DNA of 64,000 nucleotides from Patescibacteria group bacterium (GTDB taxonomy: Bacteria > Patescibacteriota > Microgenomatia > Levybacterales > UBA12049), in the NCBI GenBank assembly GCA_026004395.1, contig BPJB01000001.1:649226-713225 (forward strand). The letters run 5' to 3'. Position 1 is the stretch's first letter, and every line of letters starts with the position of its first letter. Below, one piece after another: positions 27,967 through 38,200 of this stretch. The position numbers and the translations under genes are program-made. Below the pieces are notes generated by a model. The model was not told the DNA's origin. It saw only the letters and a list, made by a program, of their open reading frames with translations, and did not search any database.

Positions 27967-29720
27967 ATTTTAAAGAAATATTTTACTCTATTTGCCAATA
28001 AAATATAAAGAATTATAAAACAAGCGGTGATCCAAGCAATTATTGATATGATTTGACTTATTTGTTGAATTTTTAGCGGTATATACAAAACATCTAATTT
28101 ATATAAACCTTTTACGAGATTAAATGTCATTATTCCTTGATATTTGGGATCATTATAATCTACTCTGATGGGTCTATTATTAGCATAAACATACCATCCA
28201 GGAAAGTAAAGAGTATTTTCTTTAAAGCGAGTAGGCATATGAACACTAACAACATATTCGCGTTTTGTTGATGTATTTGACAGCTCGACAATAGACGCAT
28301 TACCTTCTATAACCTCAAGATTTTTGGCTGGGATTTCTTTTTGCCAGAGGTTCTTAGGATCAAGCCACTTTGGTGCAGCTGGTCCACCGCCTTCACCTGC
28401 AAAAGTACTCAAGGAAAGTTGATTTTCAAAATATAAATCTGATGCTATCTCGGGAATAGTCCTTCTATTGCCCCAATTAAGAATTGTTGAAAGCACTGCA
28501 AATGCTATTAAACTAATAAACAATATCTTATTTTTGATTTTCATTGTTACAATTCCTGCAATGCCCGCTGTTATAAAACTCATTAGTAAAAGCATTCTAT
28601 ATGAAAACTGCAGATTTTCAATAAGAGGAATCAGCGACCATAACGGCTTTGATATTGACTGCATGAGGAAAAAAATAATCAAAAAGAACACTAAGAAAAA
28701 ATATACTATTAGCTTATTACTTGCAAATGATCTTTTCTTGATTAGAAATATAACAAGAAGTATGACAACAGTTAGTTGTGCATAACCAATAATAAATGAT
28801 AGTTCGCCTTTGCTACCTTGAAAAAGTAATCCATATCGCCACGGTGAATAAATAAATTCTTGTATTTGTGGAAAAAGAACTTCATGATGAAAATATTTTT
28901 GCAAAGTGTATTTTCCCAAAGTTATTTCTGGAAGCCAATAAAAAAGAGAGAGAAGAAGACCAAAGATGAAAGAAAAAAGAAGCTTAATAATATTTTTCCA
29001 ATACTTATTTTCTTTGTATAAAAGTAATATGCTATAACAGATGACAAATGGTAAAAGTATAAGAGCGATAGGATGAGAAAGAATGAGTAATCCTATTGAT
29101 ATAGCCAAGGTTAAAATCCAGATTAGATTTGATTTGTGGATAACTTTTTTGGTCGCTAACATACTTAATGGAAAAAACATAAATGCAATAACTTCTCCTG
29201 GATTAGCGCGGAAATGCAAATCAACAAGATGATAAGGGCTATAAAGATAAAAAACAGACGCAATAAATCCGGGTAATTTTCCAAATTCTTCCTTTGCCCA
29301 ATAGTACATTGTTATCCCAGATCCTATGAATGATAACGCAAGTAATAATTTTAAGCTATTTAAAAAAGAAACCCCTAAAAAATGAAAGAAAGAGGTAATA
29401 TAATAGGGGAGAGGAGGAGCAAAAATAAAAAGGGGGTATCCATAAGTTGCATTCAACTTACCTGCCCATTGTGGAAAGAATATTCCCTCTTGAAGGCTAT
29501 GAAAAAATGCAATAGCCCTATACGTATGGAGCGACAAATCTCCACTCTCATAAGTTCCTTTTCTAAAAATACTGATAATAGGTGGAAGAGAGAAAATAAT
29601 CACGAGAAACAAGAAATTAATCTTTTGTTTCTTGCGTAATTTTAAATAAAAGTATGAAATTGTTGCTAAGATAATAACTGCTATAAGATTAACAACAATC
29701 ATCTTGTATGGCTGATACAT
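27963..29720 (-). CDS. GT-C membrane glycosyltransferase (PTPS-related/YfhO-like)
   Basis: GD...H, FPQWAG.LN.TYGYPLF.F.PPLPYY, SPYH.VD...R, FYWLP, LQFSYR, YFPGW. Confidence 0.8.
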   Translation of the reverse strand: MYQPYKMIVVNLIAVIILATISYFYLKLRKKQKINFLFLVIIFSLPPIISIFRKGTYESGDLSLHTYRAIAFFHSLQEGIFFPQWAGKLNATYGYPLFIFAPPLPYYITSFFHFLGVSFLNSLKLLLALSFIGSGITMYYWAKEEFGKLPGFIASVFYLYSPYHLVDLHFRANPGEVIAFMFFPLSMLATKKVIHKSNLIWILTLAISIGLLILSHPIALILLPFVICYSILLLYKENKYWKNIIKLLFSFIFGLLLSLFYWLPEITLGKYTLQKYFHHEVLFPQIQEFIYSPWRYGLLFQGSKGELSFIIGYAQLTVVILLVIFLIKKRSFASNKLIVYFFLVFFLIIFFLMQSISKPLWSLIPLIENLQFSYRMLLLMSFITAGIAGIVTMKIKNKILFISLIAFAVLSTILNWGNRRTIPEIASDLYFENQLSLSTFAGEGGGPAAPKWLDPKNLWQKEIPAKNLEVIEGNASIVELSNTSTKREYVVSVHMPTRFKENTLYFPGWYVYANNRPIRVDYNDPKYQGIMTFNLVKGLYKLDVLYIPLKIQQISQIISIIAWITACFIILYILLANRVKYFFKI

Positions 29721-29763
29721 ATTTCTTATTGTAGATTGAGATTATAGTTGAGCGCAAGAAAAT

Positions 29764-30726
29764 ATGAAATATATATCCTTTGTTACTACTGTCTATAACG
29801 AAGAGAATACTATCTCATCTCTCTTAGAATCGCTTTTTAATCAAACCCGTCTTCCAGATGAGGTCATAATTGTTGATGGCGATTCTCAAGACAATACTGT
29901 CAAAAGAATACGCAACTTTTTATCAACTCTTCCTAAAAATAAAAACCTTCCTAGAGTACATCTTATTAGTAAACCATGTAATCGCTCTGAAGGAAGGAAT
30001 TTGGGTATTAAAATGGCAAAAGGTGAAATAATTGCGTTGACTGATGCCGGATGTATACTTGATAAACATTGGATTGAAAGAATAATTAAACCATTTGCAA
30101 ATAACTCAGTTGATGCAGTTGCTGGATATTACGCAGGAAGGTATCAGACTATTTTTCAGCAATGCCAAATTCCTTACTTTTTAGTTATGCCAGACAAGGT
30201 CAATCCACAAAATTTTCTTCCCGCTACACGATCTATGGCAATAAAAAAACAAGTATGGAAGGAACTTGGAGGATTTCCAGAAGAATATTCTCACAATGAA
30301 GACTATGTGTTTGCAAAGAAATTAAAAAAGATGGGTAAAAAGATCGCTTTTGCAGGGGATGCAATTGTTTATTGGCTTCCTAAAAAGACACTTAAGGATT
30401 GTTTTCTTATGTTTTTCAGACACGCATATGGTGATGCTGAAGCACGGATATTACGGCCAAAAGTTGTCATACTTTTTATCCGATATGTTTTTATCATAAG
30501 TATCTTTATCGTTGGACTTATAAAGTACAACCAAGCACTTCTATTAGGAGCTGGAGCAATTCTGATCTATATTGTCTGGTCAATTCAGAAAAATATTCGC
30601 TACTGTTATCGGATAAAGTCTCTGCTTTATCTTCCAATACTCCAGTTTACTGCAGATTTTGCTGTTATAACAGCAACTATTGCAGGCATTTTCTTAAAAA
30701 GAAAAATAAAAAGAGGACGTATATAG
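29764..30726 (+). CDS. Glycosyltransferase family 2 with C-terminal TMs
   Basis: TVYNEE, VDGDSQD, GRNLG, TDAG, GGFPE..NED. Confidence 0.9.
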   Translation: MKYISFVTTVYNEENTISSLLESLFNQTRLPDEVIIVDGDSQDNTVKRIRNFLSTLPKNKNLPRVHLISKPCNRSEGRNLGIKMAKGEIIALTDAGCILDKHWIERIIKPFANNSVDAVAGYYAGRYQTIFQQCQIPYFLVMPDKVNPQNFLPATRSMAIKKQVWKELGGFPEEYSHNEDYVFAKKLKKMGKKIAFAGDAIVYWLPKKTLKDCFLMFFRHAYGDAEARILRPKVVILFIRYVFIISIFIVGLIKYNQALLLGAGAILIYIVWSIQKNIRYCYRIKSLLYLPILQFTADFAVITATIAGIFLKRKIKRGRI

Positions 30727-30752
30727 GATTTAAGTAGAGTATAATTACCTGT

Positions 30753-31973
30753 ATGGGATATCGTTTTCAGGCTGTAAAAGGAATATCGTGGATAGGAACA
30801 CTGCGTATTACAACAAGAATCTTAGCGTTTTTCCGTTATGCCATACTGGGGCGTATCCTCACACCATATGATTTTGGTCTTTTTGGAATAGCATCACTTT
30901 TATTATCTTTCCTAGAAATCATTACTGAAACGGGAGTCAACATTGTTCTTATTCAGCAAAAAAGTGATATAAAAAAGTATTTTCATTCAGCATGGATTGT
31001 CTCAATTGTGAGAGGGATTGTGCTATCTCTACTTATAATTTTATGTGCTCCTCTAATTGCAAATTTTTTTAATGCAACAGCTTCCTATCCGATTATTATT
31101 GCAATCGCACTCGTTCCTTTTATTAGGGGATTTATCAACCCGGCGATTGTACTTTTCCATAAAGAGCTACAATTTCAAAAAGAGTTTTGGTTTAGATTTA
31201 TACTATTTGCCGTTGATACTTCTACAGCAATTATTATCGCATTTTTAACTAAGAGTGCACTGAGTTTCGTAGGTGGACTTATTGCATCTGCAGTTGTTGA
31301 AGTTATAGGTTCATTTTTAATTGTAAAACTTCGTCCGAAGTTAAGATTTGAAGTAAAGAAAATAAAATACATTTTACAGAGAGGATGGTGGGTAACAATA
31401 ACGGGAGTATTTTCTTATATTGCAGATCAAGGAGATAATATTATTGTCGGAAGGTTGTTGGGTACGAGTGCTTTGGGTATTTATCAAATAGCATATAAAA
31501 TTTCAACACTTACTATTACTGAAATTACTGATGTTGTAAACAAAGTCGTTTTCCCAGTTTATGTCAAATTCGCAAATGACAGAAAACGCTTGCTCACAGC
31601 TTTCTTAAAGGTGACAGGCGTGACATCATTGGGTGCGCTGGTAATTGCGTCAGGTTTATTCATTTTCGCTCATGAGATTATTCTTCTACTTATGGGACAG
31701 CAATGGCTTGAGGCTGTTCCAGTTATCAAAATCTTAGCAATCTACGGATTTCTGAGAACACTTTTCGGTAATTTAGCACCAGTATTCTTAGCAATTGAAA
31801 GACAAGATTATATAGCTAAAATGACCTTTTTTAGAGTTATGGGTTTGTTGATTACAATTATACCATTTGTTATATTTTATGGATTAGCCGGAGCGGGTTT
31901 TTCAGCTCTTGCTTCCATAATTGCTGAAATACCAATAGCATTATACTTTTTGGTAAAAACATTTCATAAATAA
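30753..31973 (+). CDS. Wzx-type polysaccharide flippase
   Basis: ILGRILTPYDFGL, DNIIVGRLLG..ALGIYQ.AY, many TM segments. Confidence 0.9.
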   Translation: MGYRFQAVKGISWIGTLRITTRILAFFRYAILGRILTPYDFGLFGIASLLLSFLEIITETGVNIVLIQQKSDIKKYFHSAWIVSIVRGIVLSLLIILCAPLIANFFNATASYPIIIAIALVPFIRGFINPAIVLFHKELQFQKEFWFRFILFAVDTSTAIIIAFLTKSALSFVGGLIASAVVEVIGSFLIVKLRPKLRFEVKKIKYILQRGWWVTITGVFSYIADQGDNIIVGRLLGTSALGIYQIAYKISTLTITEITDVVNKVVFPVYVKFANDRKRLLTAFLKVTGVTSLGALVIASGLFIFAHEIILLLMGQQWLEAVPVIKILAIYGFLRTLFGNLAPVFLAIERQDYIAKMTFFRVMGLLITIIPFVIFYGLAGAGFSALASIIAEIPIALYFLVKTFHK

Positions 31974-31975
31974 CT

Positions 31976-33082
31976 ATGAATATAGCATTTTTTCACGAAC
32001 TGCATTTTGGTGGAGCTAGAAGAGTAGTTGGTGAATATGGAAAAGTAATGCGTAAGAATCATAGAGTTGATTTATTTTACTCAACAGCAGGAAGGGAAGA
32101 AGATTTTGAAAAAATATTTCATAATACCTATTGGTATAAGTATGTCTCTCCGACTTATTCAGGAAATAATTTTTTAACAAAACTTTATAAAGACTTTATC
32201 GAACCTATAAAATTATATTTTCACCACAAAAAAATTGCCCAGGAGATTGATAAAAAAAAGTACGATTTTGTTTTTGTTCATTTATCTCAATATACACATG
32301 CGCCTTTTATACTCAGATTTTTAAAAACTCCATCAGTTTATTTTTGTCATGAACCTTTAAGAATTGCTCATGATTCAATAGTAAGTATTCCAAAAGACAT
32401 ATCATTCATAAAAAGAGTTTATGAACAGATAATAAGAAGAGTTCGAAAAGAAATAGATGCTTCAAATATTAAACATGCAAATCTTGTTCTTGCAAATTGT
32501 ATATATTCACAAAAAAATATTCAAAAAGCATACGGTATAAAATCGTTTGTCTGTTATTTGGGAGTTAATAATCATCTTTTCAAACCGATAAAAATAAAAA
32601 AAGAATACGATTTACTCTTTGTTGGATCTGACGTATGGATGGAAGGATTTGATACTCTTCAAGAAATAAATAAAATTTTTAATTATTCACTGAAGATAAA
32701 GATTATAAAAAAACAAAAAGGAAAATATATTTCAGATGCTGAATTAGTTAATGAGTATAACAAAGCAAAACTTGTTATTGTATTAGGTCGATTTGACCCC
32801 TTCAGCATGATCCCGCTGGAAGCAATGGCTTGTAAAGTCCCTCCTCTTGTTGTTAAAGAAGGCGGACCAGTTGAAGCCGTAGAAAATGGTATAGATGGAT
32901 TTCTGATTGAGCGAGATCCACAACAATTTGCTAAAAAAATTAAAGAATTACTTGAAAACGACACTAAAAGAAAGATTATTGGAAACAATGGTCGTCAAAA
33001 GATTGAATCATTTTGGAATTGGGAGAAAAGTACTGAAAGACTGCTAAATATATTAAGAACACAAGGATTAATTTCAGTATAA
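31976..33082 (+). CDS. Glycosyltransferase family 4
   Basis: GGARR, YFCHEPLR, DPFSMIPLEAMAC. Confidence 0.88.
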   Translation: MNIAFFHELHFGGARRVVGEYGKVMRKNHRVDLFYSTAGREEDFEKIFHNTYWYKYVSPTYSGNNFLTKLYKDFIEPIKLYFHHKKIAQEIDKKKYDFVFVHLSQYTHAPFILRFLKTPSVYFCHEPLRIAHDSIVSIPKDISFIKRVYEQIIRRVRKEIDASNIKHANLVLANCIYSQKNIQKAYGIKSFVCYLGVNNHLFKPIKIKKEYDLLFVGSDVWMEGFDTLQEINKIFNYSLKIKIIKKQKGKYISDAELVNEYNKAKLVIVLGRFDPFSMIPLEAMACKVPPLVVKEGGPVEAVENGIDGFLIERDPQQFAKKIKELLENDTKRKIIGNNGRQKIESFWNWEKSTERLLNILRTQGLISV

Positions 33083-33083
33083 A

Positions 33084-34235
33084 ATGAATAAATCACTCCA
33101 CATTGCTGTTATTCAACAATCACCTGATATTGGAGGAGCCGAAACATTTATGTGTTCCCTTGTTACGGAATTTTTAAAACAAGGACATACAGTTTGTCTT
33201 GCAACAGATTCTGAAAAGTATGCTAAGTTGTATAAGAATCTTAAAGTAACAATAAATAAAATTCCTTTCATTTTAGATATTAGCGGAAATTGGAAAGGTT
33301 TAGTCAAGTCAATTTTACGTTTGCCTATTGCTATTGCTTACTACAGTTCTCTGTTGAGATCCTACAAAAATAACAATGTTCATCTTATTCTAATGAGTGG
33401 CTTCAGCGAAAAACTTTTAGTATCTTTCCTTACATTATTTATAAAAATCCCCGTTGTCTGGATAGAATACGGTCCGTTAGCACCGATAATCAAAAGGAAT
33501 TTTTCATTACCATTCGTTTTGTATACACTAATATCCAAAATACCAAAGAGAATTATTGTTCCAACAGAGAATACCAAAAAAAGTCTTCTCAATGATATTT
33601 ATATTGCACCTTCTAAAATAATTGTTATTCCTTGTGGAATAGTTCTGCACAAAAAGAAACATAATCGAAAGAAGCCAAAGTACCTAAAAAATAAAATTGT
33701 TATAGGAAATGTATCACGACTGACACGAGAGAAAGGACAACAGCTTCTCATCAATGCAATGCCTGATATATTGAGTAAAAATCCTCAAGTACATCTTTTA
33801 TTAGTTGGTGATGGTCCTGATAAAGAGTATTTTTCAGAGTTAATAAAGAAGTTGAATATTAGTAAGTCGGTAACTCTTACCGGATTTGTAAAAAATACTG
33901 ATGACTACTATAGACAGATGGATATTTTTGTTTTTCCAACTATTTGGCCGCTAGAAGGGTTTGGGTTGGTAATGGTTGAGGCAATGGATTATGGACTTCC
34001 TATTATTGCACATAATAGTGGTCCTGTTCCGGAAATAGTGAAGAACAATAATACCGGACTATTAGTACCTTTGGATGATAAAAATGCTCTAATATATGCA
34101 ATTCTTTCTTTGGTAACTAATCAAGCGTTGCGTGAAAGATTGGGGGGTGCAGGGAGACGAAGAGCTGTGAATCTGTTTGATATTGAAAAAATTTCAAAAA
34201 AATATGAAAAAGTTTTCTATGAAGCAATTTCTTAA
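33084..34235 (+). CDS. Glycosyltransferase family 4
   Basis: GGAET, VSRL..EKG, EGFGLVMVEAM. Confidence 0.92.
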   Translation: MNKSLHIAVIQQSPDIGGAETFMCSLVTEFLKQGHTVCLATDSEKYAKLYKNLKVTINKIPFILDISGNWKGLVKSILRLPIAIAYYSSLLRSYKNNNVHLILMSGFSEKLLVSFLTLFIKIPVVWIEYGPLAPIIKRNFSLPFVLYTLISKIPKRIIVPTENTKKSLLNDIYIAPSKIIVIPCGIVLHKKKHNRKKPKYLKNKIVIGNVSRLTREKGQQLLINAMPDILSKNPQVHLLLVGDGPDKEYFSELIKKLNISKSVTLTGFVKNTDDYYRQMDIFVFPTIWPLEGFGLVMVEAMDYGLPIIAHNSGPVPEIVKNNNTGLLVPLDDKNALIYAILSLVTNQALRERLGGAGRRRAVNLFDIEKISKKYEKVFYEAIS

Positions 34236-35658
34236 TTTTCGTCAAAGCTTTAATGTTTTGCAGATTAGCGTATATATTCTTCTGTTTGGATTTTACTCAG
34301 TTAATTTGGCATCGCAGATGGTATTTATCGGTGATCAAGGCTGGTTCTATCTATCAGCTAAAGATCTGCTTCTTGGTAAAGAATTTCCCCTTGTGGGAAT
34401 ACCCTCTAGCCATCCTTGGCTGCATCAAGGAGCTTATTGGACATATCTGCTGGCGATTGCCTTAGCAATTGGGCGATTTGATCCAATAGCAGGCGGATAT
34501 ATGGGGATACTTTTTGGGATACTAGGAGTAGCTGCAGTATACTTTGTGACAAAAAAGTTTTTTACGAGAAAAGCAGCTTTTATTGCAACACTTCTCTATG
34601 CCACATCTCCATTAGTTGTAGCTCATGCTAGGATGCCATATCATACAACACCAATTCCATTTTTTACGACTCTTTATATTTACTCTCTTTTACAATGGAT
34701 AAAAGGAAAAGTAATTTTTTTCCCTATCTCCTTATCACTTTTAGCAATACTTTATAATTTTGAAATTGCAACAGTATTGTTAGTTTTCCCTTTTCTTTTA
34801 ATTGCTGCTTATGGTTTGATTAAAAAAACTAAATGGTTTATTCCTATTTTAAATAAAAAAATAATCTTCACTTCATATGGAGCAATTATTTTGCCTATGA
34901 TTCCGATGCTACTTTTTGATCTAGAACATGGCTTTCCACAAACTTTAAAATTTATCGCTTGGGTAGGCTATAGAATATTAGTATTACTTGGTTATCCTCC
35001 TTTGCATCCGGAAATACCATCACCTAGTAAAGAGTTTTTTTATATTTTTAGCCTTGATAAATTAACTTATTATTTTTTACCCAGTAATACTTACTTAGCA
35101 ATTTTAATTTTTTTAGGTATTATCATCGGCTCAACTGTTTATACAATAAAATCGCTTTTTGCAAGTAAAATAAATACATCTTTTTTAATTATTTATTTGA
35201 TCACAATTTGCTCATTATTAGGATATGTTATCAACCAAACTCCTTCTGAAGCATATCTGCCAATTCTTTTTTCTCCACTGATGATGCTTGCTGGATTTTT
35301 GGCAAATGTAATTATTAAAAAAAGGGGGTTTTTTTATCCTACTTTGGTTGCTGTTTCAATAATCGTTATAACCAATATTATTTTTATTTGGAAAGTTCAT
35401 TCAATAGAGAATCAAGCAGGTATCACTTTTAGACAAAGAATGGAGGTTGTTGAAAAAATAATAAAAAAAATTGGCAAAAGACCCTACTCACTGCATGCGA
35501 TAGGGGAGGGTAGTCAGTTTGAATCGTTTCTGGATAATTATAGATATTTGCTATGGTGGAAAAAATATCCTCCCTTACCTAATCCACAAAAAATACAAGT
35601 TGTTTTAAAAGAAGAGAAAAATAAAATACAAATTATTTATAAAGGTATAAAAGAGTAA
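34219..35658 (+). CDS. ArnT/PMT-like GT-C glycosyltransferase
   Basis: FIGDQG, PLVGIPSS, LYATSP, many TMs; likely ATG start 34219. Confidence 0.78.
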   Translation: MKQFLNFRQSFNVLQISVYILLFGFYSVNLASQMVFIGDQGWFYLSAKDLLLGKEFPLVGIPSSHPWLHQGAYWTYLLAIALAIGRFDPIAGGYMGILFGILGVAAVYFVTKKFFTRKAAFIATLLYATSPLVVAHARMPYHTTPIPFFTTLYIYSLLQWIKGKVIFFPISLSLLAILYNFEIATVLLVFPFLLIAAYGLIKKTKWFIPILNKKIIFTSYGAIILPMIPMLLFDLEHGFPQTLKFIAWVGYRILVLLGYPPLHPEIPSPSKEFFYIFSLDKLTYYFLPSNTYLAILIFLGIIIGSTVYTIKSLFASKINTSFLIIYLITICSLLGYVINQTPSEAYLPILFSPLMMLAGFLANVIIKKRGFFYPTLVAVSIIVITNIIFIWKVHSIENQAGITFRQRMEVVEKIIKKIGKRPYSLHAIGEGSQFESFLDNYRYLLWWKKYPPLPNPQKIQVVLKEEKNKIQIIYKGIKE

Positions 35659-35686
35659 TATCCTTAATTTGATACAATAGAAGCAA

Positions 35687-36469
35687 ATGCAAACAAGTAT
35701 ATCAGCGGTAGTTCTCACAAAAAACAGTGAAAATACTTTATCTACATGTCTGGATTCACTACAATGGTGCAAAGAAATAATTATTATTGATGATAACTCA
35801 TCTGATAAGACGATAGAAATTGCAAAAAAGTATAATACAAAAATATTTATTCATCCACTCAATAAGAATTTTTCAGAACAGAGAAATTTTGGATTATCGA
35901 AAGCATCATTTGACTGGGTTTTCTTCGTTGACTCTGATGAAGTTATTTCTAAAGAACTAGCAGATGAAATTCATCAGCAGATTGAACAGTTTTATCCCCA
36001 GTTTCAAGCTTTTGCTATACAAAGACAAGATTTTTTGTGGGGAAAAAGATTGAGATTTGGTGATACTCAAGAAAAATATTTCATCAGATTAGGAAGAAAA
36101 GAAAAAGGTAAATGGAGCGGTAAAGTACATGAGGTATGGAATATAATGGGTAAAATCGGTCGTTTGAAAAATCCAATTTACCATTATCCACATCCAAACA
36201 TTTCAGAGTTTTTATCAGACATTAATTACTATTCCTCCTTGAGAGCTGAAGAGCTGTATGAAAAAAAAATAAAATCTTCATCTATTGATATTGTTTTTTT
36301 TCCACTTATCAAGTTAATCTATCTTCTCGTTATAAGACAAGGAGTAAGAGATGGTGTTGCGGGCATAGTACATGCACTTATGATGAGTTTCTATTCATTT
36401 TTAGTCCGAGGAAAGCTCTATCTTTTATGGAAAAATCAACGCCAATCTCTGAACTGGGAAGTCAGTTAA
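35687..36469 (+). CDS. Glycosyltransferase family 2
   Basis: VLTKN.E, IDDNSSD, FSEQRNFG, VDSDE, VHE. Confidence 0.9.
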   Translation: MQTSISAVVLTKNSENTLSTCLDSLQWCKEIIIIDDNSSDKTIEIAKKYNTKIFIHPLNKNFSEQRNFGLSKASFDWVFFVDSDEVISKELADEIHQQIEQFYPQFQAFAIQRQDFLWGKRLRFGDTQEKYFIRLGRKEKGKWSGKVHEVWNIMGKIGRLKNPIYHYPHPNISEFLSDINYYSSLRAEELYEKKIKSSSIDIVFFPLIKLIYLLVIRQGVRDGVAGIVHALMMSFYSFLVRGKLYLLWKNQRQSLNWEVS

Positions 36470-36485
36470 ATAAGATTTTTTCTCT

Positions 36486-36578
36486 ATGAAACAGTGGATT
36501 TCAATAGTTACTTTTCTCTGGTCAATACTTTTAGTGCTAATTTATATTAGTCATCTTGTTATAAAAAATATTCGTTAG
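36486..36578 (+). CDS. Putative 30-aa single-pass membrane microprotein; not in ORF track
   Basis: MKQWISIVTFLWSILLVLIYISHLVIKNIR*; fills the gap between GT2 and GT-C genes. Confidence 0.45.
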   Translation: MKQWISIVTFLWSILLVLIYISHLVIKNIR

Positions 36579-36588
36579 ATAACAAAAT

Positions 36589-38193
36589 ATGTTTGGTATT
36601 GCTATTTCTATAGGTATTTATTCATATATAATTTTTCTTTTAGCACTCTTAGGATTTTTAAACAAAAAGATTATTTTTCTAACAACTATTCTTTATTTAG
36701 TTATACTCATATTATTAAGAAAAAAAATTTATAGAAAGAAAGTTCCTTCAAAAGAGAAAAAATATTCATCATTAGGAGTTGTAGAAAAATCAATGCTCCT
36801 GATTACACTTGCATCCGCTGCTGTTGTCTTACCGGGAATACTATCTCCAGAAATCGCTTTTGATGCATTATGGTACCATCTAACACTACCCAAAATTTAC
36901 ATTAATAATTCTCACATGGTTTTTATTCCGGGAGGTCTTCTGTATTACTCAACAATGCCCAAATTAACTGAGATGCTCTACACTGCTGCTCTCTCTTTTT
37001 CAGATGAACGTCTAGCAAAAGCTATTCATGCTGGTTTTGGAGTACTCACTGTAGTTGCTACCTACATGCTAACTCGTGAATATTTAGAGAAACGTTTTGC
37101 TCTTCTAGCAGTTATTATCCTATTGGGCAACATTGTTCTTCTTTGGGAGGCAACAACAGCCTATATTGATCTTGCTAGAACGTTTTTTGAGTTGATGTCT
37201 TTTTGGGCTTTCTTAAAATGGTACAAGACTAGAGAAAAAAAGTGGTTTATTGAATCAGCGATTTTAATGGGACTTGCGATATCAACCAAACTTATAGCGA
37301 TAAGCTCTCTGATAATTATCAGTTGTATGATTTGGTTTTTATCTAAAAATGCAACTTACTGGACTAGAATGAAGATGATTGCGCAATATTCAACAATTGC
37401 AATTTTTATTGCCAGCCCCTGGTTTGTTTTCTCTTTTCTTCACACAGGAAATCCATTCTATCCTCTATTTTCTCAGTATTATCAAGTCAATTTTTCTTTA
37501 AGTCTTATTAATCCATTTTATTTTTTAAAGGATGTGCTATTGCTCTTCACGCAGTCACCAGATCCTATATCACCAATTTATCTTATTCTATTCCCGCTAA
37601 TCATCGTTAAAAGAAAATCATTTAATAACGAAAAAGCAATTTTATTAGTTTATAGCCTTGTATCTCTTTTTGTCTGGTATTTATTGCCGCGTACAGGGGG
37701 TGGTAGATTTTCATTACCGTATCTTCCAGTCTATTCTCTTGTTGCTGCCATGACAATTTCATTACTCCCTCCGAAAAGTTTTTTATCAAAATATATGATC
37801 GGTATTGCAATCTTTCTTTTAATTGTGGCAATTTCATATAGAGGAATGGCTAGCACGCGTTATATTCCCTATATACTCAGACAAGAATCAAAACATGAGT
37901 TCTTAATTAAAAATTTAAACTATTCGTTTGGTGATTTTTATGATGTTGATCGGTTTTTTGCAAGAAATATTAACCGATTTGATAAAGTACTCCTTTATGG
38001 TTTTCACAACTTGTATTATGTCAATTTTCCTTTCATACATGCTACGTGGGTGAGGAAAGGAGATCTGTTTAACTATATTGCAACGCAAAATACCACACTT
38101 CCTGATCGTTTCCAAGATTGGAATTTAGTTTACTCAAATTCCCTAACTCGTGTCAATCTTTATTCAAAAAACGGTAAATTTGCGAGGTATTGA
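36589..38193 (+). CDS. GT-C (ArnT/PMT-like) membrane glycosyltransferase
   Basis: FDALWYHL.LPK, AYIDL, LAISTK, SPWF...TGNPFYP, GGRF.LP. Confidence 0.8.
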   Translation: MFGIAISIGIYSYIIFLLALLGFLNKKIIFLTTILYLVILILLRKKIYRKKVPSKEKKYSSLGVVEKSMLLITLASAAVVLPGILSPEIAFDALWYHLTLPKIYINNSHMVFIPGGLLYYSTMPKLTEMLYTAALSFSDERLAKAIHAGFGVLTVVATYMLTREYLEKRFALLAVIILLGNIVLLWEATTAYIDLARTFFELMSFWAFLKWYKTREKKWFIESAILMGLAISTKLIAISSLIIISCMIWFLSKNATYWTRMKMIAQYSTIAIFIASPWFVFSFLHTGNPFYPLFSQYYQVNFSLSLINPFYFLKDVLLLFTQSPDPISPIYLILFPLIIVKRKSFNNEKAILLVYSLVSLFVWYLLPRTGGGRFSLPYLPVYSLVAAMTISLLPPKSFLSKYMIGIAIFLLIVAISYRGMASTRYIPYILRQESKHEFLIKNLNYSFGDFYDVDRFFARNINRFDKVLLYGFHNLYYVNFPFIHATWVRKGDLFNYIATQNTTLPDRFQDWNLVYSNSLTRVNLYSKNGKFARY

Positions 38194-38200
38194 TCAAATT

